From: Dimorphilus gyrociliatus
Lineage: Eukaryota > Animalia > Annelida
DNA: 64,000 nt
NCBI GenBank assembly: GCA_904063045.1
Contig: CAJFCJ010000014.1
Span: forward strand, 1,919,643 to 1,983,642
Direction: 5' to 3'
The notes under the pieces are model-generated. The model saw only the letters and a program-made list of their open reading frames with translations. It did no database searches and had not been told where the DNA came from. Position numbers and translations under genes: made by a program. Below, in pieces: positions 17,909 to 31,533 of this stretch. Each line of letters starts with the position of its first letter. Position 1 is the stretch's first letter.

Positions 17909-20361
17909 TTAAACATTGATCAGTTTTCCAACACAATGTGAACAATGTACGTATCCCGATGATGAGGAAGGAGTTGATGTATGAGCAATATCAGTTATTA
18001 AGTGCATTATACGCTTAGCAGTGGGAGGAGTTTCTTCTTCTGGGATACTGTTTTCAATTTCTGACTTGGCTATTTCACTCTCCAATGATCTTTGTGTATG
18101 ATAGCTGTTTAATAACTTCTTTTCACCTAACAGCTGCATAACTAGAGCTTGTAATTCGGCGAGTTTATCTTGAAGCTCGCTACGTTCTTGAGATAATTTA
18201 ACGACATATTGTTCCCTCTCAACTGCTCTCTCTTTCAAGACGGCTCGTTGTTGTTGGTATAGCGTCACATACTCTCCAATCGTATCAGTTTCACCTTGCA
18301 GCTGCATTACAAGATGTTCTAGCTCTTCAGCTCGCGTACTTATGTCCGCTTGCTCTTTCATCGATCTTACTAAACGTTCTTCAACTTGATGTTTAGCTGT
18401 ACAAAGAGCTTCATATTCATCAGAATCTATCGCATTTGTAGATGAAACAGAAGTAACAGAGGCAGTACTGTTATTGCACATGGATTTTAAATGCTCATTT
18501 TCTGTCGATAACTCTTCTATCCTCTTCATAGATTCGTTCAACTCCATCTCAGCTTTTTCTAGTTCAATAGACTTTGCTTGCCAATGTCTTATACGATCTT
18601 CATAAGATAAATTATTAGCTTCGCTCTGAGTTAATTTACTCCTTAATTCGTTGGATGAGTGTTGAGCTGTTTGGTATTTTGTCAGTAATTCCATATTGTC
18701 ATTACTTACTTTAACAAAACCATTCTGCAGTTCGGATAATTGCTCTTTCAGTTCACGATTTTGAACAAGAGCTCTGCTTAAAGCGACCTTTTCACTTTCT
18801 AATTGAGCGCTAACAGCAGAAGCGCAACTGGAATTTTGTTCCAGTTCTTTAATTGTAGATTCTAAATGCAGGATTTGCTGCTCTTTTTGGGCAATGTTTA
18901 AAGACAAATGCTCATTAGCTGATGCTAGTTTTGCATTTTGCATTTTAAGCACTTCTACTTCCTCATTAGCTAGATTGGCTTGCGTGTGGGCGTCTTCTAA
19001 TTTTGTTGATGTATTTCGTAAGCTTTCGGTAGCTTCAGAAAGTTGTGCTTGAACAGAATTCATTTGGTTTGTGGAATTTGAGAGGCGATTTTCATATTGT
19101 TCGATTATATTATCACGCTCTGCTGTTAACCGGTCAATTGTATGTTGTAATTGCGACCGTTCTGCTATTAGACAATCCATTTTTTGGTGTATCTCGTCAT
19201 TACTTTCTGTATGTTCAGCTTTAAGCTGAGTCAATTCCAATTGAGTTCTCAATTCCATAAGACTGTCTTCTAATTTCCCATTATTTCCTACGGCCTCTGA
19301 CAACCTTTGCCTAAATTCATTAACTTGCTGCAGGGCCTCTTCTTTATTACGGATTGATTTAGAAAGATCTACTTTCAAACGTTTAATATCCTCAGTTAGA
19401 TTTTTGGACATTTCTTCTAATTGTTGTCGCCTATTATGAGCAGTTTGAACTTCTCGTTCAAGATCTGCCACACGTTGCCTAGACGCTTTTAAGCGTCCTG
19501 ATAATTCAGTCGCTTCATCTAATCGTTGTTGGGCATTTCTTTGAGCCCCGCTTAATGCCGATTGTAATTCTGTTTTTTCTCCTACAAGAATGCCTATTGT
19601 TTGAACGTGAACGTGAAGTTGTTCCCTGAGAGCCATGGCATCTTTGGAAGGGGTATTTGAATGTCCATTTTGTGCCGTCGACACTGGACTAGAAGACGTG
19701 CGAACGGGGGGAGACTTGGAATGTTGCTGAAGAACACCATTTACGTGCGAAAGACTGTTATTAACAGTTTTCTCTACGTCTTCGACGCGAGTTTTATCCA
19801 CAATGTCACTGTACAAGTATCGTTTGGTTCAAATTAAAACTAGTTCTGGACAGGATTCATTTTACTCACGGTTTTGGTCGAAAATTGTCATCTTTAAGAG
19901 GTTTTTTCTCTTCTTTCACAGTAGTCTTAACGGTGTCTTCTTTTGCTGAAGTATTTAATATATCTCCATTTAAGTCACCATTTCGTTGGTCATTTCTTTT
20001 ATTTTTAGCTTTTCTGAACTGATTTAACTGTAAATATTGAACACAAATATTTTAGATCTTCTTTTGTCAGAAATTTACATTATAAAGTCTAAATATACGC
20101 AGTGATTCAAATAAATAGTTTATTTAATTGTTAGAGAATAATAAATTGAATGGGTGTGACAATATTTCATGCCATTCAGATGTTTTGATCAAGATTGATA
20201 AGTGGAACTTAGCATCTATTTATTTACATATGCGAAGAAGTTGGCAAAAATTTAGATACTATATGCCACTTTAAATTTAATATAAAAACAACAACTGCCA
20301 ATCAAACTGTTACCTTTCTTTTCCCAGCTGCAAGTTTTTCTTTTTTGCTTACGTCTTCCAT
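17909..20361 (-). CDS. GOLGA2: Golgin subfamily A member 2 (GM130); exons 20361-20314, 20027-19870, 19808-17909
   Basis: N-terminal KKEKLAAGKRKLNQFR. Also HVQTIGILVGEKTELQ, LQGETDTIGEYVTLYQQQR, long coiled coil and C-terminal CSHCVGKLINV. Confidence 0.9.
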
Positions 20362-20376
20362 GTTAGCTACTCGGTG

Positions 20377-20390
20377 TTGCGCATGCGCAA
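20377..20390. promoter_or_regulatory. Perfect NRF1/Ewg-type palindrome TTGCGCATGCGCAA in the GOLGA2/AFTPH shared promoter
   Basis: 14-bp GC-rich palindrome matching the NRF1 consensus YGCGCAYGCGCR, 16 nt upstream of the GOLGA2 ATG in an AT-rich background. Confidence 0.7.
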
Positions 20391-20945
20391 CTGTGGTTTC
20401 CTCATGACTCTTTCATGCTTGAGATTTTCGCTCACAACTTTATTTATATTATTCGTGTTTCCTTTCATTAAATATTTTCCTAATTTTTTTATTTCTATTC
20501 GATTACTAAATAATACGTAGACAACTTTATTTGTATTTTTTTGAGAATAAAGTTACTTTAGGGAGCATTTTATATGTTATATGTATAACATCAGTTATGT
20601 TTTCGTAAATATTAATAAACGTTAAGTTTGTACATTTTTCTCCGAATTATATATATTATTTATTATCAAGACAGGAAATAACTTTTTTTTACTGAAATAC
20701 GAAATAATGTCTTTACCATGGCGTTGTAAACATACTACACCTCGACTCTGAATAAATAGGATCATTTTACGTATTTATAATTATTATCATTTAATGATTC
20801 TACGGATCTGAATCATAAAAATTAGGCAATTTATTGTTTATTATGTTAACTTTTTAAAAGGTAAATGACATCTATTCAATTTAAGAGAATGTCATGCTCA
20901 TTATTATGCTTATCTTCAACCAGCTACGTGTTAAACTGATCACTA

Positions 20946-23900
20946 ATGGACAATATAGTGCCAATGGTTCCCTCGACACCCCCGCCTTTGGATGATATGC
21001 AAGATGACGACGATGAATGGCAAAAGGACGATTTCGGTAGTTTTGTCACACCTAAGTCACCTTTTCCCAGAGATGATAGCTCCAACTGGGCAAATTTTTC
21101 ATCTCCTCCCAAAAGCGAGACTGTTAATGAAAAAGCAGATGACGAAAAGGAACCTGAACCGTTACGATTTAAAGCTCCTTCAATATCAGAGGAAGACTGT
21201 GATTTAACAGAAGATGTGGTTTATACCACAGCTGTGTTCGAAGCAGTGGTCGAGGAGAATGATAAACTCTCTAAATCCGAATCTAGTTGTAGCTTAGATA
21301 ATGAAGTAAAAGCTAATGACGAAAAACCATTAAAAGACATTGAGGCCATCGAAAGAAAATCAGAGTCAACAACACCTTCAGAACCAATTGAAGAAATTGC
21401 TGAAGAACTCTCGAATGACATTGAGGTGACCGAAGGAAAATTAGAGTTAACAACACCCTCAGAATCAATCGAAACGAATGATGAGACGTCTTTGAAAAAT
21501 ACAGAGCTCTTTGAAAAAAATGTAGAATCGGGAATAGTTTCAGAACCCGCTGAGGCTCATAAACACACGAAATCGCTGGAGAAGGTTGACGACAAGAGCG
21601 CACAAGAAAATAACGAAAAAGGCGACAAATCATCTTCTGATATAGGTACAGTGACAGAGAAATTGTCAGGCATTGTTCAAGAAATTTCTTCATCTGTAAC
21701 AGAAGAAGAACAAGAAGACGATTTTGCAGATTTTCAAAGCACAAATATTGCTAATATTGAACTTGAACGTACCGTTTCTGCTACTTCATCAACAAAAGAA
21801 GTCATAGAAGTGAATGAAACGACAGATGTCCATTTTGCAGATTTTCAAAGCAGTACTGCAGAACTTCAAAATACAAATAATGAAGTATCAAACTCTAGCT
21901 GCATTCCAGTTGAAAATAATGAAACTGAATTTAGCGATTTTCAAAGCGATACAAAAGAACCTACAAAATCAGACTCGGAAAAACTTGAATACACGTCAAA
22001 AAGTATAGAAGATGGTCAAGATGTCGAAATTGGTGACGATTTTGCTAACTTTCAAGGTCCCGTAAACAATACAATAAATGATGATAATTCAAATAATGAT
22101 GGAGATGATTTTGCTGATTTTAAACAATGCCAGTCTGAAGAAATTGATGATTTTGCTAATTTCCAAAGCTCTTCTCACGATGGAGATGGCGATGGAGACG
22201 ATTGGGCTTTTCAAACTAGTGAGTCAACATCGAAAGTTCAAATAGATCAGGAAAATGAGTTTACGTCATTTAAAGAATCTAGTGAAGAGAATCCTATGGA
22301 TTTAACGACAGAGAAAATCAAAAGTCTTTTAGATATATGTTTTAAACAGGAATGGCAACCAACAAAGAATAACGAGCCTTTAGAAATTTTACAATATGCT
22401 AAAGAGCATACAACTAAAACTGAGGAACAATTTAAGTCTCCTGCTGAATTAAGAGTAACTCCTCTAACCGGCCAATCCTCAACTAAAAGCTCAAAGTATG
22501 TATAATTAATGTGTTTCCAATTTCATTCAACTAAATTTAAATCTAATTATTATAAATTTTGCTCTTTAGGAAAGAAATCGATATAAGCTTTTGGAATAAT
22601 TTAACACATTTAGAGGATACGTTAGCTCTCCAATATTCCTGGACAAAATCTGGAGTTTATCAATTTCTATTAAAAGCTATTAATGTTGATACAAGAAACA
22701 TTGTAAGTTTAATTGCTTTCAAGTATATTTTTATCTACAATCACTACAGAATATTATCACACATTTAAGCTCACAGGAAACAAAAACCTACCCGTTTATG
22801 CGTCTCATCTAGGCACTCCACTCGAACCTGTCAGGCAAGGTGAAATGAAAGTTACAAGTCCTTCGTTAGAAATTGTAGATACAAGTAGTTCATCAACAAT
22901 TACACCTTCGGTATTTAACAAACACTTTATACTATTTACATTCTATATTATTTCTTGATTTCTAGGAAAATGTTCCACCTGCCCAGTTTGATTGGAGTAC
23001 GAGTGGACTAAAGAATCCTCTTGACTGTAAGTAAAATTTTGTGTATTACATTAGCCTATTTTTTTTCTGTTATAAGGTTGGCAATATTCTAAAATATAAG
23101 AATATTAGTACTTTAATTATTATTAATGCTTGAATATGGGATTTCAATTGTCATTTTTTGCTGTCTACGTTTTACGTTATATTTTCAGCACGTGTACTTG
23201 ACTTAGATTTCTTTCGAGACGATTTGGACGAAACGTCCGTTTCGTCAGTATCAGGTGAAATTACTTCGTACCATTTCGGTGTTGGTCGTAGTTTTTTGCA
23301 TGCCTATAAAACTAGTTGTACAGTGATTGAATTTTTGAAGAAAGCCCCGCCCCCCCAAAAAAAAATAGCTAGCACTTTTGAACAAATTGCATTAATTGCA
23401 TCGATTTCATTTGCATCTTTAAGTAATAAAAAAAACTAGCAATTTATTCGTGAATAAAATGGCTTTTTGGGTTTTAAAAAAATTGAAAAAAAGAGGTTTT
23501 GGGATGAAAATATAAAAAAAAAAATAAAAACAACGATCTTAAGGATAGAACAAATGTTAATTTTAAAAAATAGATAAAGCTAGAGAAAGTTTGTTTGAAA
23601 TAAAAAAAATTTGTTATTATTTTTTTTTTTAAAAAAAAAAAAAGCAAATTTAAATTTTATGCAACAAGAAGAAAACACTGCTTCTTTTCTTTTTTAATAG
23701 AAATATTAAAAAAAAAAAGTAATCAGCTTCTTAGTTGAAGACAAACCACCCTTGAATGTTGTTTTGCAGTTAACACTAATACACAATCTCTTTTGGAACA
23801 ACTAACGACGGTAGATATCACTGCATGTTTAGGAAAAAAATTTTTTTTTAAAAAAACAAAAACAAAAGAGCTTAATGATTATTTTTATTTTCAATTTAAT

Positions 23901-24437
23901 AAGAATTTTTTATGATTTTTCTTTGGAGTCGAAAATCCCTCTTCCCTTCCCTTCTTCGCTCCTGATAAAAAAATCCTACTTATTACGTTTTTATATACAG
24001 TATCTGTATATAAAAGTCTTTTATTAGCAATTTTTCTTTTTTCGATACATTTTATAAGTATATACTGTATGTATAAATTTATATATATGTATATATATAT
24101 ATATTGTATATACACTATATACACTGTTATTACGCAATCCGTTTCGTACTGTATAATATGAATAATTCTCTAGTGAACTAATGTTATTTTTTTCCCATCA
24201 ATAGCGATGGAAGATGAAATTCTTGACTCAATCGGCCCAGAAGTAAAGAAGAATCAGACGCTTCAACCTCTGGAAGAGATATTGTCGCTCAAAAATTTCA
24301 GACCTACTGCTCCAAATGTCTATAGAACAGAAAATTTAAGTTCAAGCGCCAAGTCCATAGTCACTCGTATACCGGACATATCATTTATGCGTTCCCATAT
24401 GCTCATGTTTCCGCTCAAGACAGCACATTCCAACTAG
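20946..24437 (+). CDS. AFTPH: Aftiphilin (AP-1/clathrin accessory protein), multi-exon
   Basis: About ten gamma-ear-binding acidic F/W-x-x-F type motifs (DDFGSF, DDFADF x2, DDFANF x2, EFSDF...). Also LQYSW, INVDTRNI, PAQFDWSTSGLKNPLD, LDLDFF and C-terminal IPDISFMRSHMLMFP. Internal exons between 23250 and 24200 are uncertain. Confidence 0.88.
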
Positions 24438-24771
24438 TCCAATTATTAAATAATATGCAAATATATTTTATAAAATACTTTACAAAACAATAAAGAAATT
24501 CACACAGGTTGAATATTTACATGGATGTTCAAAACTGTATATTCTGCTTCTTTCGATATGTACAACAGAGGGGAAAAATGAAGAGTTTTATATGTTGCAA
24601 TTATTTATCAGCTAGAATAAGTTGTTCTAGTTACCAAGAATCGTATTATCGTTGCATGTTCTAATTTAAATTTAAGTTAAAAAATCATCAGAAATATAAC
24701 ATTAAGTATTTTAAATAATAGAAAGTTGTCTTGAATGTTTTTAGCATTGTTAGTTGTTTAATATTGTCATT

Positions 24772-27112
24772 TCAAGCTTTTTCTGATCTCTGCCTGTTTG
24801 AACGTAATCTACTTATTTCATCGTTTGCTCTTCGTAACGATTTATCTTTTCTTAGCGCATTACTCCAAACGTAGCAATCTTCTTCGTGTTGAACTCGATC
24901 ATCCTTCAACTGGATCAGTATCCTTCTCCATTTCTTTTGCTCTTCACTCAATTGACCTTTACGACAGCTGCTATGTAGAGCAGATTTCACAAGGAATGAT
25001 TCTGAGAGTTTTGGTAATTTGATCAAACTTGCACAACTATCGTCATCAGTTAACAGAGAATTTTCAGATAATGCAAATTTACTGCTTTCTTCCATATCTG
25101 TAAAGATTAAATTTTATCAGGCTATTTCCATTTACGGATAACAAAAATTAAAAAAAAAATTACCCAGGGACACCTCATCAACGTCTTCCATGTTTTTCTG
25201 TTCTATCACTTCTGTTGTTTTAGCGTTTTCTTTATCGTCTTTGTTGTTTTCTAGCGGATTGATAACGAACGTAGCGTCAACTTTTTTTTGCACAGTGTCT
25301 ATTTCTAAACTAGCTGAATCTTTTGTCGTAGACAGCTGTTCTTGAGGAGCTGATTGCTGATCTATTATTTCAGCTATGTTTTCATTATTGTATATATTTG
25401 ATTCAGAGATTTTTCTATTATTAAGATGTTCTTTTTCGATTTCTGATGGTCGTGTTTGATAAAATTCTTTTTTTTTGTGGCCCATTAAAGATGATGGCAC
25501 AGAACTTCTCTTGAGAAAGGGTTCCTCACTTTTTGCTGATAAGGTTTTGTCCTCTCTGAAATGAATATCGCCGAGAGAGTATTTAGTTTTCTTCACTGAG
25601 CTAGAAATGGGAAATTTATCTTTGCATAAAGTGTCTAATTCATCATAAAAATTTTCTCCTCCCCACTTATTTCTTGCTGGTTTATTTTCTTTTTCGAGAT
25701 ACGTATCCTTATTACGTTCTGGTTTATTGATCGATGATAACTTTACGTCATTTTCAACCACTATTTTCTCTCTATCTTTATTTGTAGTGGAAGGTACTTT
25801 AATTTCCTTGTGAATTTGTTGTTCCTCTTTTAGCGCAGCTCGAACATAGGACATTGTTCTAGAAGGAACCGTTTCACCTTTTTTGTCTTCCACAACTTGT
25901 GGAGTAATCAAATCTACTTTCTCGTTTTCGGGTCCATCGATAACAGATAAGGATAAGTCTATATCATTAGGATTAGGCACACATGGCGTTGACATCATTT
26001 TTCTGGATCGAATGGGGGACGTTTTTATTTTTTTCTGCTGTTCTCTGTTTCGAATTTCAGCATTAACTTTTTCAAGCAATCGTTCAGATGCTTTCTCTTC
26101 CGCAATTTTTTCTGCTTTCTGTTCAACTTCTTTTGTCTTAATCTCTTTAACATTTTCCGTGATTTCTATAGTGGCTACAGATCTACTGGCAACCTCCTTG
26201 CTCGATGCATTATTAGTACTATAAGTTTTTGTTAAGTCCGAAAAGAAGTTCTCCACCCGATCCATTCTTGTTTCCTTTTTCGTTTTATCTAAACGGAGCT
26301 CTTCTGAGCTAATATCCATAGACATTGCTGATAAATCCAATACTGGGTCAACTTTCTTCTTGTCTTGTAGAGTTATATCCATAGATACAGACATATTATA
26401 GGTATTTTCGGCTTTTTTCTCCGCTCTAACAGCTACAGGGGTAGCCATCTCCATTGGACTATTACAGAAAACAGTAGTATCTGTTTTTCGGCTTTTTTCA
26501 GGTTTTAAATTCTCGTCTTGAACGCGAAAGGTATCAACAGGAGAAAATTCAGATAACGGTGAAGATTTATTATCAGTTGGTGAAGTATTGAGGTCGAACA
26601 TAGGTAATTTGTCCAAAACATCTCCATCGACGGGCGATACATCCATAAACATTGATTGATTGAGAAGAACGGTTGAATTGGCTTTGGGTTCAAAATTTTG
26701 CAAAGTCTTATCTAGGAGGCTTAAACGGCTTGATTGAGTATCTCCAGAGGAGAGGATGACCATACTCTCTCTCGATGGTATGTACCTTTCTTCTGATTTG
26801 GGCGTGTCTGGTTGAGGACTGTCTTTAAAGAATGTTCTAAAAAAAGATAGAGAAATTGAAAATTCTTCATTCATTACAAAATTATTCTATTAATTTTAAA
26901 TTTCAAAAGAAATAGCCAAATATCAACTTACTTTATTTCCGGTCTACAACCGAAACTTACACGCTTCTTTTCCAATTCTTCAACATTATTTTCGATTGCC
27001 GTAAAGCGCTTAAGAATCTAATGTAATAATGAAAAGCTATTGGAATTTTATTTCTTTTGCTTACATGTTCAAAACTTACTGAATTTCTTCGCTTTGTATG
27101 CCTCTCCGTCAT
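24772..27112 (-). CDS. KNL1/Spc105-like kinetochore scaffold (~705 aa); exons 27112-27080, 27017-26932, 26836-25164, 25097-24772
   Basis: Splicing creates N-terminal RRNSILK...KKRVSFGCRPEIKTFF (SILK and RVxF PP1 motifs in KNL1 order and spacing). MELT-like MDVS, MEMAT, MDIT and MDIS follow. All junctions are GT-AG and in frame. Confidence 0.7.
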
Positions 27113-27286
27113 GACAATGTTTATATCGTTGATAATAGCAGTGTTTAACTGAATAGTAGATCGTTTTTTTATTTACTTATTAAATTTTATTCAAACAAAA
27201 AAATGTCAATATTTACTTGCAATTAATAGATCAATAAGAAGAAAAACAAGAGAATTTTAACCAGCGCGTAGACAAAACAAGTGCGC

Positions 27287-27310
27287 CTCAAATTCAAATT
27301 CCGCCATATT
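27287..27310. promoter_or_regulatory. YY1-like site (CCGCCATATT) with adjacent CHR-like TTTGAA upstream of the KNL1-like gene
   Basis: CCGCCATATT at 27301-27310. TTCAAA (TTTGAA on minus) at 27293-27298. The CHR hexamer alone is weak evidence in AT-rich DNA. Confidence 0.35.
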
Positions 27311-27593
27311 GTATGGTTTCCTGTTCCGGATTTCAAATAGTCGTTAAAATTTATTTATTTTCGAGCTATGTAAAGACCACAAATTTCAAGTAAAAATAAT
27401 ACAATCAGAAATTTTATATTAATATTAATTTTTAATTTTCTTAATTTTCAATTTTATTAAAGAATATTGAAATTTTTAAAAAGAATCAATGGTGTATTAA
27501 AATACAGTTTATTCTATATACGCTGTGTTTAAAATAAGAATTTAACTTTCTTAGAGTATAGGTTTCAAATATTTCTTCTGTGAATATTTAAAG

Positions 27594-30500
27594 TTATTGC
27601 AAAGTGACCAAAAATGTTCGAATTTGCATTGGAGTTAACAAGACGTTATACATAGGAGATGTAACGGGGGTCAAAAATTGTCGCATATCTATAAAAGAAG
27701 AAAAAAAAGGACTATATGAAAACAAATACTTGAACAGATCTTAGAACAAGTTACCTCCTCCAACAGATCCTCCTCCTTTCAATTTCCAAACAAGTCTTTC
27801 GCCAACTGGCCTATCGCCTCCAAGAGCAGTTTCTTCTACGTTTACAATATTATCATCAGGAAATACGTCTTTTAGGCTCACTTGTATATTTTGAGAAAAT
27901 TCGCTCTTTTCATAAATATGTTCCAGTCGAACCAATCTAACATTTTTGCTTATAGGTTCCAAAGTTAACAGATGGACAGGCTTATCCATATTTTTAACTG
28001 CTGAAAATTCTTTTTTAGTTACAGTTCCGTCAGTAAAAAATGGAAGAGGTTGTAGATAGAGCATTGGAGCCGCTTGCCTGTGCCAAGCAACTGATTTTTC
28101 CGGAGTGTCTAGCAAAATGTAATGGGTTCCTCTTGTCACCAAACCAGGGCCGTACATATTTAAGCCAGGCTCATTAAGGGGTTCTCCAACGCCAAAAGCG
28201 TCATCTCTAAGAAGCCTTCTATGGAGCATAACTTCTAATTCACCACTCTTAAGGGAAGATCCTCCATGGGATCTATCCGTCATTACAGTTAATTGTTTGT
28301 TGTTATCTTTTATGAAAATCCGGCTATTAACTGGATAATAGTTTCCAGCAACTGCTTCAGTTTGCTGAAAGTCCCACGTAGAACGGAAATCTCGCCTATA
28401 GAAACATTTCAGAATAAGAAAACTAAGCAAAAACCTCTTGAATTTAAACTTACTTTCTCTCTAAAATCTCTCTTCCGTTCGCATCAGTGTAAAAAGTTTC
28501 ACCACTGGCAATATTCGTTGAAAACTTTGAAATAACTTCCTTACCTAACTTGTCCTTTATTGGAATAGGCCCTAAATAAGTTAACATCGTTTATTTCAAC
28601 AATAAATGCTGCAATAACTATTATCTCCTACTAACCAATGGTCCATTCGATTTCCACATGTTTGGCGTTATCATATATTCTAATCGTTTGCCAAGCCCAA
28701 TCTGAAAATTGCTGTCTTACTTCGTCATAATGTTTACCCGGATAGACTTTAACACTTCTAGGAGTCAATTCAGTTGTGGAACTTCCATTGGAACGGAAGA
28801 TATAGGCACCTGATGATTGTTTTATGGGGAGAGTATTATCGCCTTGGTAGCCGAGGTAATAACTCAATGTTTGTTTCACGTCAGTAGATACCTTTGATTC
28901 CAAATTGCTAATTTTTGAAATTAGACCATTGGAAGAAAAGGCAACTGATACCATCTACGAAAAATGAGAAGGTGTTTGCTTCTTTTAAAAAATTCATTAG
29001 AATTTAAAGTACAAACTGAATTTTCAACAACAAATGGACTTCCTATCATTTCTTTTCCTGCATCACCAATTGGATCGAATCTGAGCTTAACTTCCTTTAT
29101 TCTAATAGATTTTGACCCAATTGGAGGAAGAGCCACCTTAAATAGTAGTTCGGCAATGGCCTTTTTATCGGCTAGTTTATATTCGGGTAGATTTTTAGTT
29201 TCTTCGCTCAAAGGTACGACCTAGTAATTGTAACATTAGATAATAAGATATCATTTTTTAAATAATAATTATACTTACATCAGCATCCAGACTAGCACCA
29301 TTGCTCTCGTCTATGACTTCGAATTTGCCATTTAAAACCGGAATTCTAACCCAGTGATCTCTTGATTTTGCCAATGGGTTATAAATAATTGCGGTAAATT
29401 CTTTTTTACCAACAGTGAAATCGCAATTTGATACATTCAAAAGAGGACATGAAAATATCTTTTTACCACCCATGATTTTTCCTAAACTTTCTCCCATTAG
29501 TGAATAGCAAGCAGTAGATCCTCGAGCTAACCTTTTAGCATAATCGTACGAGACATGCTGTTTTTCAGTACCGCTTACGGCATCGTGATGCTGATTCACT
29601 CCCATTGCTTCTTTTAGGACTTCTAATTCTTTCAGAGTATTTGATCGAAAATCCAAACTTGCCAATTGTTTACATGCTTGAAGAACGTTGTTAGAAAATC
29701 TCTCATATCTCTTTAGTGCTGGTCTACTTGTGAAATAACCACTCCAGAAAGTATGGGCTCTACTGGCGTAAGGGAAAAAGTCATCAGTTTTAGCTGTGAA
29801 AGTTAAGTTGGCTTTGTTTACGGCATAAGTATAACAGGACGGGGTAGAGTAAAATAAATTCAAGTGATATTTGTCTTTTCTAGCGTTAACATGTTGAATT
29901 AACTTGTCTAAATTCTTGTAATTTGCTCTGGCTTCTTCGAATTGAAAATCACTTCCCATGGTCATCAAAATATGATTTGTTCTATAGGGTTTAGCCCAGT
30001 CTCTGGCTGCGTCTGCAAAGCTCTTCACTTTTTCTTCAACATTATAATCCTCCAGATCTTTGTCGTCCATTATGGGCGAATCATCGCATCCTCTATCAAA
30101 ACAAAAACCATTTGGTGGGCCATAGCCATTATATAAAACGCCTGTAAAAAGTGTAGTTTGAGCTGGATTTAGACTACCAGAACCTTTCCATAAGAGTTCC
30201 ATGGTTTTTTTCGTTTGTCGGTTTGCTTTATCTTGATAATCTAATCTGCCAAAGTAAAGGGCATCAAATCCAAACTGAGCGAAAAGCGATGCCTGTTCCC
30301 TTGAATGACCAAATGGATCTATCTGCCAACCAATTTTAGGTCGAGCACAAGTACCAAATTCTTCCATCAATAGTCTAAAACCGAGAGTATGTTGGTCAAT
30401 AATTGAATTATAATGTGTCGCTGCTTCATCGTTCATGCACCATCCTCCTAGAATAAATTCTAGACGACCTTCACTGACAAACTTTCTAACTTTTTCCTTC

Positions 30501-31017
30501 TTATCCGCGTCCTGTTGCCTCCACCATCTATAAAAGAAGGCAATTTCAACATAAATAAATTTTCTTTTCTCATCTTTTTCCAATTCATCCATAACATTAT
30601 CAAGAATGTATTGAACGCCAGCGTGTTGAATATCATTTCTGTCTGGAAGTATAAATAAGTTTATGAAACAAATTTCATCATATCTATAAAGTAAATAACT
30701 TACTTCCATAGAAATATTCATCAACAGTTTTCAACCATCCAACATCATCATGAGTGTGAGCAACGATATGAACATTTAGTACATTTTCTTCGCCAAGATC
30801 GCATTGCTGTTAATAGCATAAAATAGTGGCAATATATGGAATTAAAATACTTTACTTTATATCCGCAGGTCTCTTCTGACTGCTTGGAAGGATTCGAGAG
30901 TTTTGAAAGTGAAGAATACTTTAGTGCCTCATTTTGATATGAATTGAAAACAGCGCTTTGACAAGTGTAAAAAGTTAAAAATATAGAAAAAGAAAAGAGC
31001 TTCAAGTGCTCAAACAT
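27594..31017 (-). CDS. MAN2B1: Lysosomal alpha-mannosidase (GH38), multi-exon
   Basis: Signal peptide, [20 protein letters not shown] (nucleophile Asp), [24 protein letters not shown]-like EVMLHRR. Last exon ends [15 protein letters not shown] at 27594. Confidence 0.95.
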
Positions 31018-31062
31018 GGCTTAGTTTGTGAATGATAAATGCTGAAGACAATGTTGACTTGA

Positions 31063-31098
31063 TCACATGACACTTTATCATGCTATCTATCATGTGAC
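31063..31098. promoter_or_regulatory. Two M-box/CLEAR-like motifs upstream of the lysosomal mannosidase
   Basis: TCACATGA at 31063-31070 and TCATGTGAC at 31090-31098, 46-81 nt upstream of the MAN2B1 ATG. Confidence 0.45.
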
Positions 31099-31533
31099 CA
31101 AGTAAAACTTAAAATTTTATTTTTCGTATACATAATGCGATATTTTATCATTGAAGGACAAATAAAACAATAGAAAAGGATAAATAATTGTTTGATGAAA
31201 AGTGCCATTAAGACGTGTTATAGTTTTCATTAAAAAATGGCAGCCGTTGAAAATATGAAATTCTACTTGAAAAAAAATCGAAGAATCTCATTAAGATATT
31301 TAACAAGCAAATGGGAAAGCTCTCGCATATCATTTAGAGTTTGGAGTAAACTTTTTTTCAAAAAATGTCTATGTGCAAACTACTTTAGTCTGTAGTAATT
31401 ATACATAACAAGTACAGAGAAAAACCGCCTCTTCTGTGAAACAAAATGGCGTACGTAAAAAAATTTGATAGTCATAGTACAACTACAATGATCTTCATCA
31501 TCTGCCACGACAAAGATATTAGCAGACGACAAA

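Noticed and set aside
21700-22220. Repeated GATGATTTTGCT-like units suggesting a tandem repeat or CRISPR-like array
   Set aside because: They are codons for the repeated DDFADF/DDFANF adaptor-binding motifs of aftiphilin, with irregular spacing.
23440-24130. Long poly-A/poly-T and TA-rich tract
   Set aside because: It is low-complexity aftiphilin intronic sequence with no element structure recognised.
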